A stretch of 64,000 nt of DNA from Cyanophora paradoxa CCMP329 (Eukaryota; Plantae; Glaucophyta), in contig QPMI01000436.1 of the NCBI GenBank assembly GCA_004431415.1, positions 558,001 to 622,000 on the forward strand, read 5' to 3'. Each line of letters starts with the position of its first letter. Position 1 is the first letter of the stretch. The position numbers were made by a program, and so were the translations under genes. Shown here piece by piece: positions 1 through 12,088 of the stretch. Below the pieces are notes generated by a model. That model made no database searches. It was not told where the DNA came from and worked only from the letters and a program-made list of their open reading frames with translations.

Positions 1-199
1 GGATTGCCCCCACTTCCGCCCCCCCCCTCCCTCTCCCCCCCCCCCTTCGATCGCCCCCTACCCCTGTTCAGGTACTTGCCACCACTTGGCAGTGCTTGCC
101 ACTGAGCGCCCACCGCAGCTGGTAGCGGCACACTCTACGGAGCAGCTATAGGCGCCGCAGTCGCACGCCGGTTTTTGAATTCAAATATTAAGCAGCAGC

Positions 200-2948
200 A
201 TGTCAGACGAATGGGAGGAGCAGCCGGAACAGATGCGAGCGCTGCTGGAACGAAAAGGCGGTCGACCGATCTGCGAGCTGTGGCGTAAGAAGTTGGCGCG
301 CGTCCAGAAGAGGCGCGGGGGCAAGGAGCTGCGGACCTTCTGCAATAAGTGCGGACACACAACGAGTTACATCGACGGCAGCACGACAAATGCGATGAAC
401 CACCAGAAATCTAAGCACCCGGACCTGCTTGAGCGGGTCAGTGCGCCGCCAGAGGACGAGCTCTCCGCTGATCATGATGTCGCGCGAACGCTGAGCTTGC
501 TCCCTGCAGGAGGAAGATGATGCGGAGGACGATGACGAGCCTTTTGTGCGTTGCAATTTCTCCAGTTTGCGTCCGGGGCGAGCGGGCGTTGATTGTGATC
601 GCGCGGGCGCCCAGGATCCGGAGGACGACGTCGCGGAATACCCGAGGGATGCGCAAGCGACGGGCAACTTTCGGAGCAGGTCAAAGAGTGCAAACGAGGT
701 TAGCAATCTCGCTAGGTGCTTTTCAATTGCTAGGCGCCGATGTACCGTACGCGTGCCTGCGGCATGCGCAGCCCCAGGCGGAAGATGTGTACGCATCGGC
801 TAGGGCTGGCGCCGTCAAAGGAAGGGGTCGGCTAGGGCTGGCGCCGTCAACTTCCACCGGTGATAGCGAGCAGGTTCGCACCACAAAATGAAATCCATTT
901 CTTCTCACTGCAGACAATTTTGCCACATTTACAGAGAGCTGGAAAGAAAAGGAGTACTCAGGTGCATTATATGCCTCTGATTCGCAATCTCATTCTCTGC
1001 CCTCTAGTCAAGCCTCCGCAGGGCGAAGATACGGCTGCTGCTACCAGCTCGCCAAAGCGGCACAAAGCTGCTGCTTCGGGATCGTCTCAGGGCGACTGGA
1101 GCAGTGTGATGGACTTTCTGGGTGATCAGAAGAAGGTGAGGCTTGCTGAGGTTGTCAGCAGAGCAACATGAACACGCCAGCAGAAACTTGATGATGCCTT
1201 GAAGGAGGCCACTGCTGCAAAGAAGGAAGCCACGACTGCAAAGAAGGTTCTGAACTGACCACCACACATCTGAACTGATGTACATCTGAACTGAATGTGC
1301 ACAGGAAAGTGAGAAGGCGGCTAGAGAACTTGCAGCTGCCAAGCAGGCGGCCTCATCGGCAAAGGAGGAAACTGCCAGGCTAAGCAGACGGTTTGCCAAA
1401 GCTTCCCAGGAGATCAAGGAGATTGAGAACGAGAGGAAGACAGTGCGTACATGGCCTTGCATTGATGTCCTTTCATTGATGAGTCGACAACAGGCTGATG
1501 AGGATTTGAATAGGGCACGGGAGAAGGTAAGCTTGCATCATTTAACACCTAATAGGAGTGCTTACTGTTCTACATGCAGATCACGACCCTCAGGGACAGG
1601 CTTAGCAAGAGTGTGAAGGCAAAGGATGCAGCAGTGAAGGATGCTGCAGATCGGAGCAAGGAGATTCAGCTGCTTAGGGAGCAGCACACCACAGTGTGCC
1701 ATCAGGTATGTTTGCAACCCTTTGTTTGCATGCCATCTTTTGCTGATCGCTTGCTCCTTGCAGAAAGTTGCAGCAACAGAGGAAGCTGCTGCCTCAAAGA
1801 AGATCGCTGAGGCAGCTACAAAAGAGATTCATACAGTGCGCAACTGGTTGCTGAGGAGAAATGATTGCTGATGATTTCGAATAGCTCAGAGACTCTGTGC
1901 AACGTGCACACAACGACGTGACGCGACTCGACTCTCAGCTTGACAAGGTGAGATGGCGCGTTGGTGCACTGAGCATGTCCTCACTTTGCTTTCGTGCAGG
2001 CTAAGAAGAAAGAGGCCGAAATGCAAAAAACGGTATGGAAACACGTGCACAAGTACATGCTTGTGCTTACAGCTGGCACTTACTCTCGTTTGTGCTTGCA
2101 CAGATTGATGGCTTGAGGATCGAGCGTGACAGCCTTGCAAAGGATGCTGCAGATCGGAGCAAGGAGATTCAGCTGCTTAGGGAGCAGCACACCACAGTGT
2201 GCCATCAGGTATGTTTGCAACCCTTTGTTTGCATGCCATCTTTTGCTGATCGCTTGCTCCTTGCAGAAAGTTGCAGCAACAGAGGAAGCTGCTGCCTCAA
2301 AGAAGATCGCTGAGGCAGCTACAAAAGAGATTCATACAGTGCGCAACTGGTTGCTGAGGAGAAATGATTGCTGATGATTTCGAATAGCTCAGAGACTCTG
2401 TGCAACGTGCACACAACGACGTGACGCGACTCGACTCTCAGCTTGACAAGGTGAGATGGCGCGTTGGTGCACTGAGCATGTCCTCACTTTGCTTTCGTGC
2501 AGGCTAAGAAGAAAGAGGCCGAAATGCAAAAAACGGTATGGAAACACGTGCACAAGTACATGCTTGTGCTTACAGCTGGCACTCACTCTCGTTTGTGCTT
2601 GCACAGATTGATGGCTTGAGGATCGAGCGTGACAACCTTGCAAGAGCCAACGCGGCATTGGAGTTCGAGAAAGACGCTCTTGCAGAGAAGGCTCAGATCC
2701 TAGTCAACGAGATGACGCTGAGCCAAGATTTCTTTCTTGAACGGATGAAAAAGTTCCAGGAAGACATACGCAGCCGCTCCAGCAGCAGCGATTCCTCAAG
2801 ATCGGAGGCTCCAGCGGCTTCAGCAGCTGCCCCTCCAACAGCTGCTGCTCCAGCATGTACAGCGGCATCACATGTACAGCCGGTGGCAAATGCTCCAGCT
2901 CCTGGCAGCACCCAGCACCGTGACACCTCACTTGTTGGCATCCACTAG
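200..2948 (+). CDS. BED zinc-finger plus long coiled-coil protein (multi-exon)
   Basis: The first exon encodes W-x(19)-CNKCGHTTSYIDGSTTNAMNHQKSKHP, which matches the zf-BED pattern (W..CxxC..Y..GST.N..H...KH). Downstream short GT-AG exons encode K/E/A-rich heptads. The last exon ends ...TSLVGIH* at 2948. Joining all exons into one gene is inferred. Confidence 0.7.
1637..2642. repeat. 503-bp intragenic tandem duplication (two near-identical copies, exons plus introns)
   Basis: aaggatgctgcagatcggagc starts at both 1637 and 2140. The copies stay collinear to about 2139 and 2642 with very few substitutions. Confidence 0.95.
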
Positions 2949-3734
2949 CCTATACAGTCTTTTTCCTCAGACCCGTAGTCTTCCATAGTCTTTTTCCTTG
3001 TTTTCTTTCGTCAGTCTTCTTTTCCTATCCATAGTCTTTTTCCTTGTTCTTTCACAGCTATTTAGTCTTGGCTCCGTTTCCTTTTTCTCCGAGACTTGCA
3101 ATTTGACCTTCGTCGTACCAGCAATTAGAATTTGAGATGTATTGATGATTTGATTTTGTATTGATGAATTCCTTGAATTCAAATTCGAGCAGCACTAGTG
3201 CATGCATATGGAACTGCCCGCATCCATATGAGCTATCTCGAGCTCGGCAGGGCAGATTTAGATGCAAGGACGTCGTTGCAGCTGTACGTATACGTGTATA
3301 CGTATACGCAGAAATTAAACTATGACAGTTGCCTCAGTGTTCCAACGTGATAACTTGCAATTGGCAAGTCTGCAGCTGGGTCGACGTCTATCCCGAAGTC
3401 CGGATCCGTGGATCCAGCAGCAGCTTTACATATATATATATCTACGGCGTACCCGGACAACGTACACGTAAACGTATATATATATATATATACGTCCCCC
3501 GTATACGTACATATACAGAGCCCTATAGCTAGCGCTAGCTATAGGGCCTTTAAAGAACATTGCGCATATGCATGCGCTTGCGCATGCGCATGCATATGCT
3601 AGCTATATATATATATAGCGCTCATGCTAGCTATATATATATATATACTATAGGCGCTCATCAACTTAGTAATATTGGTGCACGTGCGCATGCGCATGAT
3701 AGCTATATATATACAGCTATATATAGCTATATAC

Positions 3735-4885
3735 AGCTATAGCTAGCAGCTCGCGATCGAGCTCGAGCTCGAGGCTCATATGCATGTTGGACATAACTTA
3801 GTCGAACCCTTTAGCTATACTATGATAGCTACTAGGGGCCCGGCCGCGTTTGGCGCGCCGGGGGTGCAAGCTTAAGGGGGGAATCGGGATCTAATGAAAG
3901 AGTAGTAGTGGCACGAACATGCACGGGGCAGATGTAGATCGACCCCGGCCCGGCCCAGCGCGCGCGGCAGGTTGAACTAGTCTGCTGGCCAGGTGCCGAG
4001 CGCAACAAGAGCGCCCGGCGGCCCGGCCCAGCAGGCGTGCTCGGCCGGCGCACGCGGTTCTGCGGCGCACGAGATGTCCGACGGTCGGCGGCTTGCTGAG
4101 CGCAGCAAGAGACTACAGTCTGGACTCAGTGACTGCAGCGCAAAATTTAGAGGAGACAGCTGGCCATGGGAGAAGTGGTTGCCATGCAAAACCGCCGCGT
4201 GACACCCCAGCGCCGCGCGAAGGATCCCGGAGAGGCCCGGAGAGCTCAGATCTACAGCTAGAGCCTAGCAAAATTTAGAGGAGACAGCTGGGAGAAGTGG
4301 TTGCCATGCAAAACCGCCGCGTGACACCCCAGCGCCGCGCGAAGGAGAGGCTAGCAAAATTTAGAGGAGACAGCTGGGAGAAGTGGTTGCCATGCAAAAC
4401 CGCCGCGTGACACCCCAGCGCCGCGCGAAGGAGAGGCCCGGAGAGCTCAGATCTACAGCTATAGCTAGAGCCTAGAAATTGGTTTTCCCCGAGTTCCTGC
4501 AGACCGCCGGGCAACCTGCTCGAGACTCGAGTTCTGACTGCAGCTGCAGACTGGAGAGAGGAGAGGAGAGCTGTCGCGAACTTCGGAAGAGACGAGAAGA
4601 TGGAAAGAGCCTCGGAGAGAAAACTGGTTTTCCCCCTCGAAAACCGCTTTTTGCGTGCACGCTCCCAGCGACAAACACGTGTCGCAACCCCATTTTGGCT
4701 CCTTTTTTTGCCGCGTTGCATACTGGACCTCGAAAACGGCCTCATAGAAGAATTTTGGCTGAAGCGAGGGAACGGGAAGCAAGGGGGTCCCCTTCCCCCC
4801 TTGCAATATACAGCTATAGCTATAGCTAGCAGCTCGCGATCGAGCTCGAGCTCGAGGCTCATATGCATGTTGGACATAACTTAGT
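3735..4885. mobile_element. Putative non-autonomous element bounded by 68-bp perfect direct repeats, with three internal ~80-bp tandem units
   Basis: agctatagctagcagctcgcg...ggacataacttagt occurs at 3735-3802 and 4818-4885. The unit gcaaaatttagaggagacagctgg...gcgccgcgcgaagga occurs at about 4140, 4268 and 4354. No credible protein is encoded. Confidence 0.5.
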
Positions 4886-5017
4886 AAGAAATAGATAGCT
4901 TGTGATTATGTTCTGTATGTTCTGGCTTGTATTGGCAAGTTGACTTGTATTAGATAGCTTGTATTAACTATAAGACAATGTTCTGTATGGATCAAAACGT
5001 AAAGTAGAGTCTAGTGA

Positions 5018-6631
5018 CTAGAATGCAAGCTGGAGGCGGTACGGGTCAACTCCTGCTGCATAGAGGGCGAGGGTCACTACTCCGCCCGTCACCACGGGGA
5101 TCATCTGCCACGGGACGGGCCCAGGGGCTTGGCGTCAGCTGCGGAGTCAAACAAGAAGGCTTGAGGGAGGCATGTGCAAGGCTATGCAGACCCACGGTCC
5201 TAGGACCGCGGCCTAGGACCGCGGCCTCCCGTCCAAGCGCGCCACGCCCCCTCGCAATCGCCTACCCCTCCCCCGCCCCGCCCCGTGCGCACGAAGTTGT
5301 CGTCGAAGAAGATGGGCCCGCCTACCCCCGAGAGGAACTCCGTCGCCCCGCCTGCAGCGCCCGGGATCAAATCGGAGGCTTCAATTCGATCTGCGAGGGC
5401 GGAAGCCCAGGCCTAGGGCGCCGGGACGGGAGGCGGACCGGCGGCGCCGGCGGCGAGGGAGACCAGGGGCACGGTGGCCCCCGGGAGGCCCTGCTTCGGG
5501 TCCAGGCCCGCCCCCAGCACGCACCACGCCGTGATCTGAATGGGGGTACAGATTAGGAACTGGGGTACAGAGGAGATCGGGAGGGGTACGCGTACGGTGC
5601 AGATGGCGGCGTTGGCGAGGGCGCCCAGCGGGCTCTTCCCGTTCCGGAAGCGAACGAAGGAGTCCCCGAACATGCGCGCCTGGGGGTACGGGTGCGTGAG
5701 CGGGGGCGGGGGCGGGGGGTACAGGGAAGGTGAGGGGGGGCGGGGCGGGCCTGCATGATGCCTACGGCCGACGCGAGGGGATCTGCGGAGGGGGCGGGGG
5801 CAAATGAGCCCCGACCGATCAGGGTGGGCCGAGCGCGCACCGCCGAAAGCGAGGAACTGAGAGAAGGATGGAAGGCGTGGCGGAGCACGTTAGCTACAGG
5901 CAGGGGCGTGCGGGGGCGAGGCGGGGCCTGCGGCGGCGCACGAGCATGGCAAGGAGAGCAACGGTGCGGGAGTACAATGCGATCGTCGTCAGCACGCCCG
6001 CCATGTAGAACACTGCGAACGCGAACGAAGGGCGGTCGGCGTCGGCTCCAGGCTACAGCTACAGCGCCGCGTGGCGTGCGCACCGCCGGGCGTGTAGCTG
6101 TTTGTCTCGTGCCTCCGCATCACGGGGCCCATTACCTTCATGAATCCCCTCTGGAGCGCGCCGTTCGGGTTTCGGATGCGCAGCGTCTCCACTGTCACCA
6201 GGACGATCCAGGACGGCACCAGCGCCGCGAGCGCCACCCACTTGTTCAGGAAGAGCACAAAGACGCTGGCGAGGAGCACGCCCTGCGCGTCGCCGGCGGA
6301 AGGGATCAGCATAGCGTTCGTCTATCCGGATCCCTCCCGGCGCCGCCCGTCGACGCGGGCCGCAGCGTGCAAGATGATGAGCTAGTTCACTCTGCGCGAG
6401 GCTCAATGGCGAGCCGCACCCCGAGGCTGTGGAAGAGCTTGCGCTGCGGCAGACGCGGGAATCAGCGGCCTGAACATGTGGCGGAAGAAGCCCGCACGCC
6501 GAGCCGAGGCGCGCGCGGGCACGCCGTATACGCGTCGCCCAGACGCAACGCATCGCCATATAAGACGCCCCGGCACGTCGGGCTGGGCGCACCCTCGCGT
6601 GAAAGTCCGTCCTGAGCGGGAGAGCGCCCAT
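5018..6631 (-). CDS. DGK1: Dgk1-like CTP-dependent diacylglycerol/polyprenol kinase (cytidylyltransferase family)
   Basis: Spliced motifs: MGALPLRTDFHAR|RKLFHSLG, TM segment followed by GPVMRRHETNSYTPG, FRNGKSPLGALA, and IFFDDNF|MIPVVTGG...QLAF*. These match the RKxxH, MRxxE, KSxxG and DDNxxIP hallmarks of the Dgk1/phytol kinase family. Confidence 0.8.
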
Positions 6632-6838
6632 CTCTGCGTCCGCGTCCAACAGCGACCCTGCTTGCTTCTCTTTCGCTGATGACGATGCCACGGTGCTGTG
6701 AGGCTGGGTTGAAATGCAGCGAATGTTTTTTTGCGGGGGTACCTGTCACTCCTGCGCTGCGGCCTACCGAGCGCTCTCTATCGGACGGAAAGCACGCGCA
6801 TCGTCGTTTCACGCGCTCAGCGAGCGCCCTTGAGCGCG

Positions 6839-8756
6839 ATGGAGGCGCCGCTCGCCGGCTGGTCGTACACACCCGAGCAGATCGCGGACGTGAAGAGGCG
6901 CGGCAAGGACGCCGGCAAGCGCCTCATCAAGCAGCTCCTGAGCGGGAGCGGCGAGCTGTTCAGCCTGTCGGTCCCGATCGACCTTTACGAGGCGAGCCAT
7001 TCGAATTTCGATCCCCGCGCTCGCACGCGCGAGTCTTCAGCAGCCCTCTGACCGTCCTGTGATCTCCGGCAGGGCCGCAGCTTTCTCCAGGTAGCGCGCG
7101 GCGCAGCTCTTGTTGCAGCTGCCCGCGTGCCTGCGCGGCTGCGGCTGCGCCGGGCCCGCGCGCGACTCTGACACGCCTTCCAGCGCGCGGCGGAGCTCTT
7201 CCGATACGCGCCGCTGCTGTCGCAGGCGGCCCAGTCCGCCGACCCGGCCAGGCGCCTGCACCTCGTCATTGGGACGATCCTCGGCGGGTTGCACCTCGTC
7301 GTGCGGGACCCGTACAGGTCAGAGAGCGTTTCTCTTCATCTCTTCCGCGTCTTCTGATTGCCTCTCAGGCCCTTCACCTCGCTCCCCGGCGAGACGTACG
7401 AGGTGGCCGGCCGCGGGCGGCGTTGGCGTTCCCTGCGGCCCGTCTGCGCGCTCTCATCCCCGGCGCCCAGGCGGAGCTCGGCGACGGCGCGCGCTTCTAC
7501 GCGCAGGGCGTCGCGCGCTTCCCGCGGCCGATGATGGGCGTCTCGCTGGAGGGGCCCGGCTACGTCCTCCGCGGAACCCTCGGGCTCGTGCCCCACCTGA
7601 ACTGGACATCCCTCCACGTCGGTCCGCTCGGCCCAGCTCCGCGCTCCGCCCCTTCCTCTCCGTATCTCTTGACCCGCGCGCGCCGCAGAGCCTATGGGAG
7701 ACATGTCCGTCTCGTTCGCGGACGGCGCGCGCGTCGCCTTCCGCCTGCCGAAGCTCCTCTTCCCGTCGCTCGTCCTCTCCTGGACCAAGCGCGTCCTCCT
7801 GGAGGGCGACGCGAGCTTCGCGTACTATTCTCCGGGCGGCGCCGTGGCCGCGTGGGCCCTCGCCGAGTTCTCCGAGGGCCCCTCCGCCTCCGCCTCCGCC
7901 TCCGCCTCGCCCGAGCCTTCTCCGAGCCGCTGGGCCTTCTGGCGCCGCCGGAGGTGCCATGCGCCTTTTCCTGAACATCGCCGATGGAATTTGGTCGCTT
8001 AGATCTCTCTCGTGCGGCTGAATTTGATCGCAGCACGGGCGGCGCGGCGGGGCCGGCGCAGGAGAACCGAATCACGGTAGCCGTGCGCGAGGGGCCGGGC
8101 CCCGCCGGGCGCCTCCTGGGAGCCGGCGAGGGTGTCTTCGGCCACCGCGGCGCGTACCGGACGTCGGACGGCGTCACGGTCTGGGATCTCTCGCGTACCC
8201 CCGGCGCGCCCTTTCCCTGCGGCCCTGAACCTCACCTGACCGCCCGACTCCTCCCCCACAGCGCCGCCCGCGCAGCCGTCGCCGCGCGTGCTGCCCACCG
8301 ACTCGCGGCTTCGCCCCGACGCCGCCCGCCTCCGCGCCGGCGACGCCGCGGTACCCCCCAACCTTCTTTCCCCCCCTCACCGCCGTCCAACCGTACCCCC
8401 TTTCAGGGCGCCTACCAGATCAAGCAGGAGCTCAAGCGCCTGGTCAAGGCCGCCGAGGAGGGGGTACGCCATTCAATGCCCTCTTCCCCCCCCCCCCCCT
8501 CCCCCCAGCGAGCGACGCCGCGCAGCGCCCCATCGCGTGCCAGCTGCCGCCTGGGAACCCCTCCTGCCGCCCCGTGCGCCGGCCGCGGCCCCGCCCCAGC
8601 ACACTTGATCCCAAACAAAGCGGTCCCGCGCGCAGCTCCTGGATTGGTTCCTGGCCCTCCGCGGTTCGTCCCCGCCCGGCTTGGGCTAGCCGCTCGCTCG
8701 CCTTCCCTCGGGGGGCGCTGACCCTGTCGCACGCAGCGCCGGCGCGGGAGGCTTAG
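6839..8756 (+). CDS. Short oxysterol-binding-protein-related (ORP/Osh-like) protein, divergent
   Basis: LFSLSVPIDLYE|GRSFLQ resembles the sLPv.l.EP.S.Lq motif. PFTSLPGETYE resembles KPFNPiLGETyE. These are followed by beta-barrel-like exons. The 3' end is approximate. Confidence 0.7.
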
Positions 8757-9518
8757 ACGCTCTCTGCGGCGAATGTGAGCGATATCGATATCGATCCGCG
8801 TTCTCCCTGCTCAGCGGCTGTACATAAATTCAATTGCAAAGGCACGCCCGCCGCGATCGGCGTTTAAATTTGTGTCGTCGACGTCTTTAATCCAATTTAC
8901 ATGACGATGACGTTACACCGCTCTAAACGATTTACGTTCGATACCGATATCGATATCAATATCAGGAGACAATTGCAAGCGGCGGCGGCCCGGCGCTGCC
9001 GCAGTGCTATATATACGCGCGCGCGCGCGGCCGTGCATAGCCGCTGAGCTATACTATGATAGGCGTTGCAATTGGCTCGAGCTCTGGGCCCGGCCGCGGG
9101 GGCAGCAGGGCGCGGCGCGGGGCGCCGCCCCTCGGGGCGCGGCGCCGGCGCGGCTCACTTGACCGGCGCCGAGCTCGAGCACGCGTAACGTGCACCCCGG
9201 CGAGCGGGCGGGGCGCGCGCCGGCCCGGGACGCCCGCAGGGACCCGCGGGCCCGCCCGCCACACATAAAGAAAAAAAATTTTAATCCCTCCGGCGATCAT
9301 GCCTCAGGGTCTTCTGGCCCCTTGCTTTGTTGTCCTTAATATCACTACCTACGGGGGGTTCGCCCCACCGTAGTCTCTCAAAAAAAAGGCCCCTTGATCG
9401 ATCCAACAATATTAAATATAATATAAATCATGCATAAAAAAAAGCGGATAATTATAATCGACATTCGGGCCGGGGTTGAAAGAAAAAGGGAAGTTTACGG
9501 CGTGGTGCCGGCCGCGGG

Positions 9519-11136
9519 CTATACGGAGACGGCGGGTGGCGGGCGGGACACGTCCTCGCGGCAGAGCGGGCACGTCCGCTTGATCGCGAGCCAGGTGTCT
9601 ATGCACTTGCGGTGGAAGTAGTGGCTGCAGGGGAGCTGCCGCAGCTCGACCCCGGCCTCGTAGGCCTCCAGGCACATGACGCAGTTCGCGTCCTCTGCGG
9701 GCATGAGGTCCTGCCCGAAGGGCATCTTTGGGAGGGAGGCGAGTTCGGGCCTGCATGCGAGGCGTGAGATCTAGAGATGTCCGCGGGACGATGCATGCAG
9801 AGAGGGACAGGCAGGCACCGGGTCGCGGCCTGGTGCCCAGGAGTACGTCGTATACGAGGGGCGAGGCGGACAACGAGTAAAAGTATCGGTAGCAAGCAAG
9901 GAAGGCAGAGGCACAAGGCACAGGGGATTGCCACCACCAGGTTCACCAGAGTACCATTCTGCAACGGACGTCAGGAAGAGGAGGGGAGGGGAGGGGGAGG
10001 GGGAAGGGGGCCGCGGGGGGGGGGGGGGGGGGGGGAAGGGGAGGGAGGGCAGACCAGGCAAATCAGGACGATGCAGAGGGTCCAGAGCATGTAGGCGCTC
10101 TCCTTGCAGCCATCGCATCGACTGACGAAGATAATGCCACGAATCCACCTGAGGAGGTCAGGGGGCCGATCGCGAGCTCGAGGGTCAGGAGGCTGAGGCT
10201 GATAATGATCATGATGACGTCGACAGATAGATAGGCACCACGCGAAGGCAAGAGAACCAGCAAGGTTATCGAACGCTTTCTTCCACGAGAAGCCCTCCGA
10301 TGAATCCTGCTGCTGATCGCTCGCCCCCGAAGCAGGGGCCGCTGCCGCGGGCGCGCTGGCGGCTGCAGGGGTCGAGCTAGCGCCCGAGCTCGCGCTTAAG
10401 CTTGCAGGCGGCTCCGTTGAGGGCCACGCCTTCCCGAGGAGTGAGATTAGCAAAGGAAAGCCTCGAACGCAGATCTGCGATGCGTCGTCAGTCGGCTGGC
10501 GGTCGGCGCAGCGGGGCGCCCTCCGGGACGCGACGACGCACCCATACAATCAGCCAAGTTTTCAAGGGCTGGCTCGTTTCCGCGCCCCAGCTCAACTTGA
10601 GAATCACAATCGAGACGATTATTTCAGCAAGCTGGAACATAACGAGGCCCCTGTTGTCCGCTGTCAGGTGACAAGCGCGACGTCGACGGGACGGGAGGGC
10701 AAACCAGAAGAGCACGGGCTCCAGCATGTCCCTGCAAACCGTTAGCTCTGGTCGCTCGTAAGGGCATATACGAACGAACGCACAGAACTTCCTCATTGAT
10801 ATTAGAGCGAACCTCGCGAGCCGAAGCAGTCCTGATGAGCGACGCTCCCTGTGAGCGCGCCCGGGTGAGCTGTTGTGCTTCCTCGCTTCGCATGATCGTC
10901 CCCTCGAGCTCAGCGCTGATGTGTGTGAAGGTGCTCGCCGAACACACCGGGCCGCAAAGCGGCCGAACCGCTGGGCCAGCTGCGCTGACGTCTGATGAAA
11001 CGGCGAGCTTCTCAGGAGCTCTTCCAGCGCCCAGGAGCTCTTCCAGCCTGGTGGCGACCGGTCGCAAACCGACCCTGGCCCGGAGTCGAACCCGTGGTAA
11101 CAGGACGCTTGGGCATCGCGCACTCGGTGACTTCAT
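9519..11136 (-). CDS. Multi-pass membrane RING-H2 E3 ubiquitin ligase
   Basis: C-terminal CVMCLEAY...[26 protein letters not shown] (C3H2C3). Upstream TM exons include [12 protein letters not shown]...PLKTWLIV and [17 protein letters not shown], typical of plant/protist TM-RING-H2 ligases. The start codon is uncertain. Confidence 0.85.
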
Positions 11137-12088
11137 CAGGAATTGCCATCATGATCATGGCATGCGCATGCATGCGCATGGCATGCGCATCCGAAAGCTT
11201 AATTAAGCTACTACCAGGTAGGACGAAGCCCGGCGGCCCGGAAGCAGGCGCCCGGCGGGTGGCGAGCATGCTGCAGCTGCAGCTGTCGTCTCGATATCGA
11301 TCGAGCTAGCTATAGCCTAGTAGGGCGCAGCTAGCCGCGCCAAGTAGCGCTGCATGCAGGCGCCGGCCGGCGCCGCGCGCGTGCGGCGCGGTGCACGCGT
11401 ACGTGGGCCGGGCGGCCGCGGCGCCGGCGCCGGCGGCGCCGCGCGCGCGGCGCCCGGCGCGGCTCCTTAAGCTTGCAATTGCCAGTTGGCCATGGGCGGG
11501 GCGAAGGCGGGCCCGGGGGCGCCGCGGCGGACGTCGACGGCAGCGCGGCTCCTTGCAATTGGGCGGGGCGGATGCGCGGCGGGCGGCACTGCGGCAGCGG
11601 GGCTCCGGCGCTGGGCGGGGACTCTCCGGGAGCTCGCGATCGCGGTCACGGTCGAGGCCGGAGCCTCGGAGGCGCGCGCCGCGCACTGCGGCCGGGAAGC
11701 GCGCGCGCGTGCATGCCGCGCGCTGCCAGGCTGCGCCTCCGGATCCGAGCTCGAGGCTCCGCGCTGCGGCTGAGGATTGATAGCGACGGCTGAGCGGCGC
11801 CGGAATCGCTCGGCATTTGAGCCGTCGTTTATCCAATTTACATAATAATGACATTATACCATCGGTATCTCGTTATCTTTCTGCAGTCGCTCTGAGGCGC
11901 GGCGCGGTCGCCGGCCCGCGATTCAAAGCTGGCGCCGCGGACTGCTTATACTTATCGATCTGCGCCTGGCTACCCTGCTAACCTATAGCTAGAACTCGCT
12001 ATTGAAGCTACGATGCGGAAAAATCACAATTACTGTACTGCGTGCGGAATACGAAGCAAGCGCGAAAAGAACGAAAACGGGACAGTGT

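Noticed and set aside
4140-4432. Three ~80-bp repeats resembling a CRISPR array
   Set aside because: The units are too long, the spacers are irregular or nearly absent, there are no cas genes, and the context is eukaryotic.
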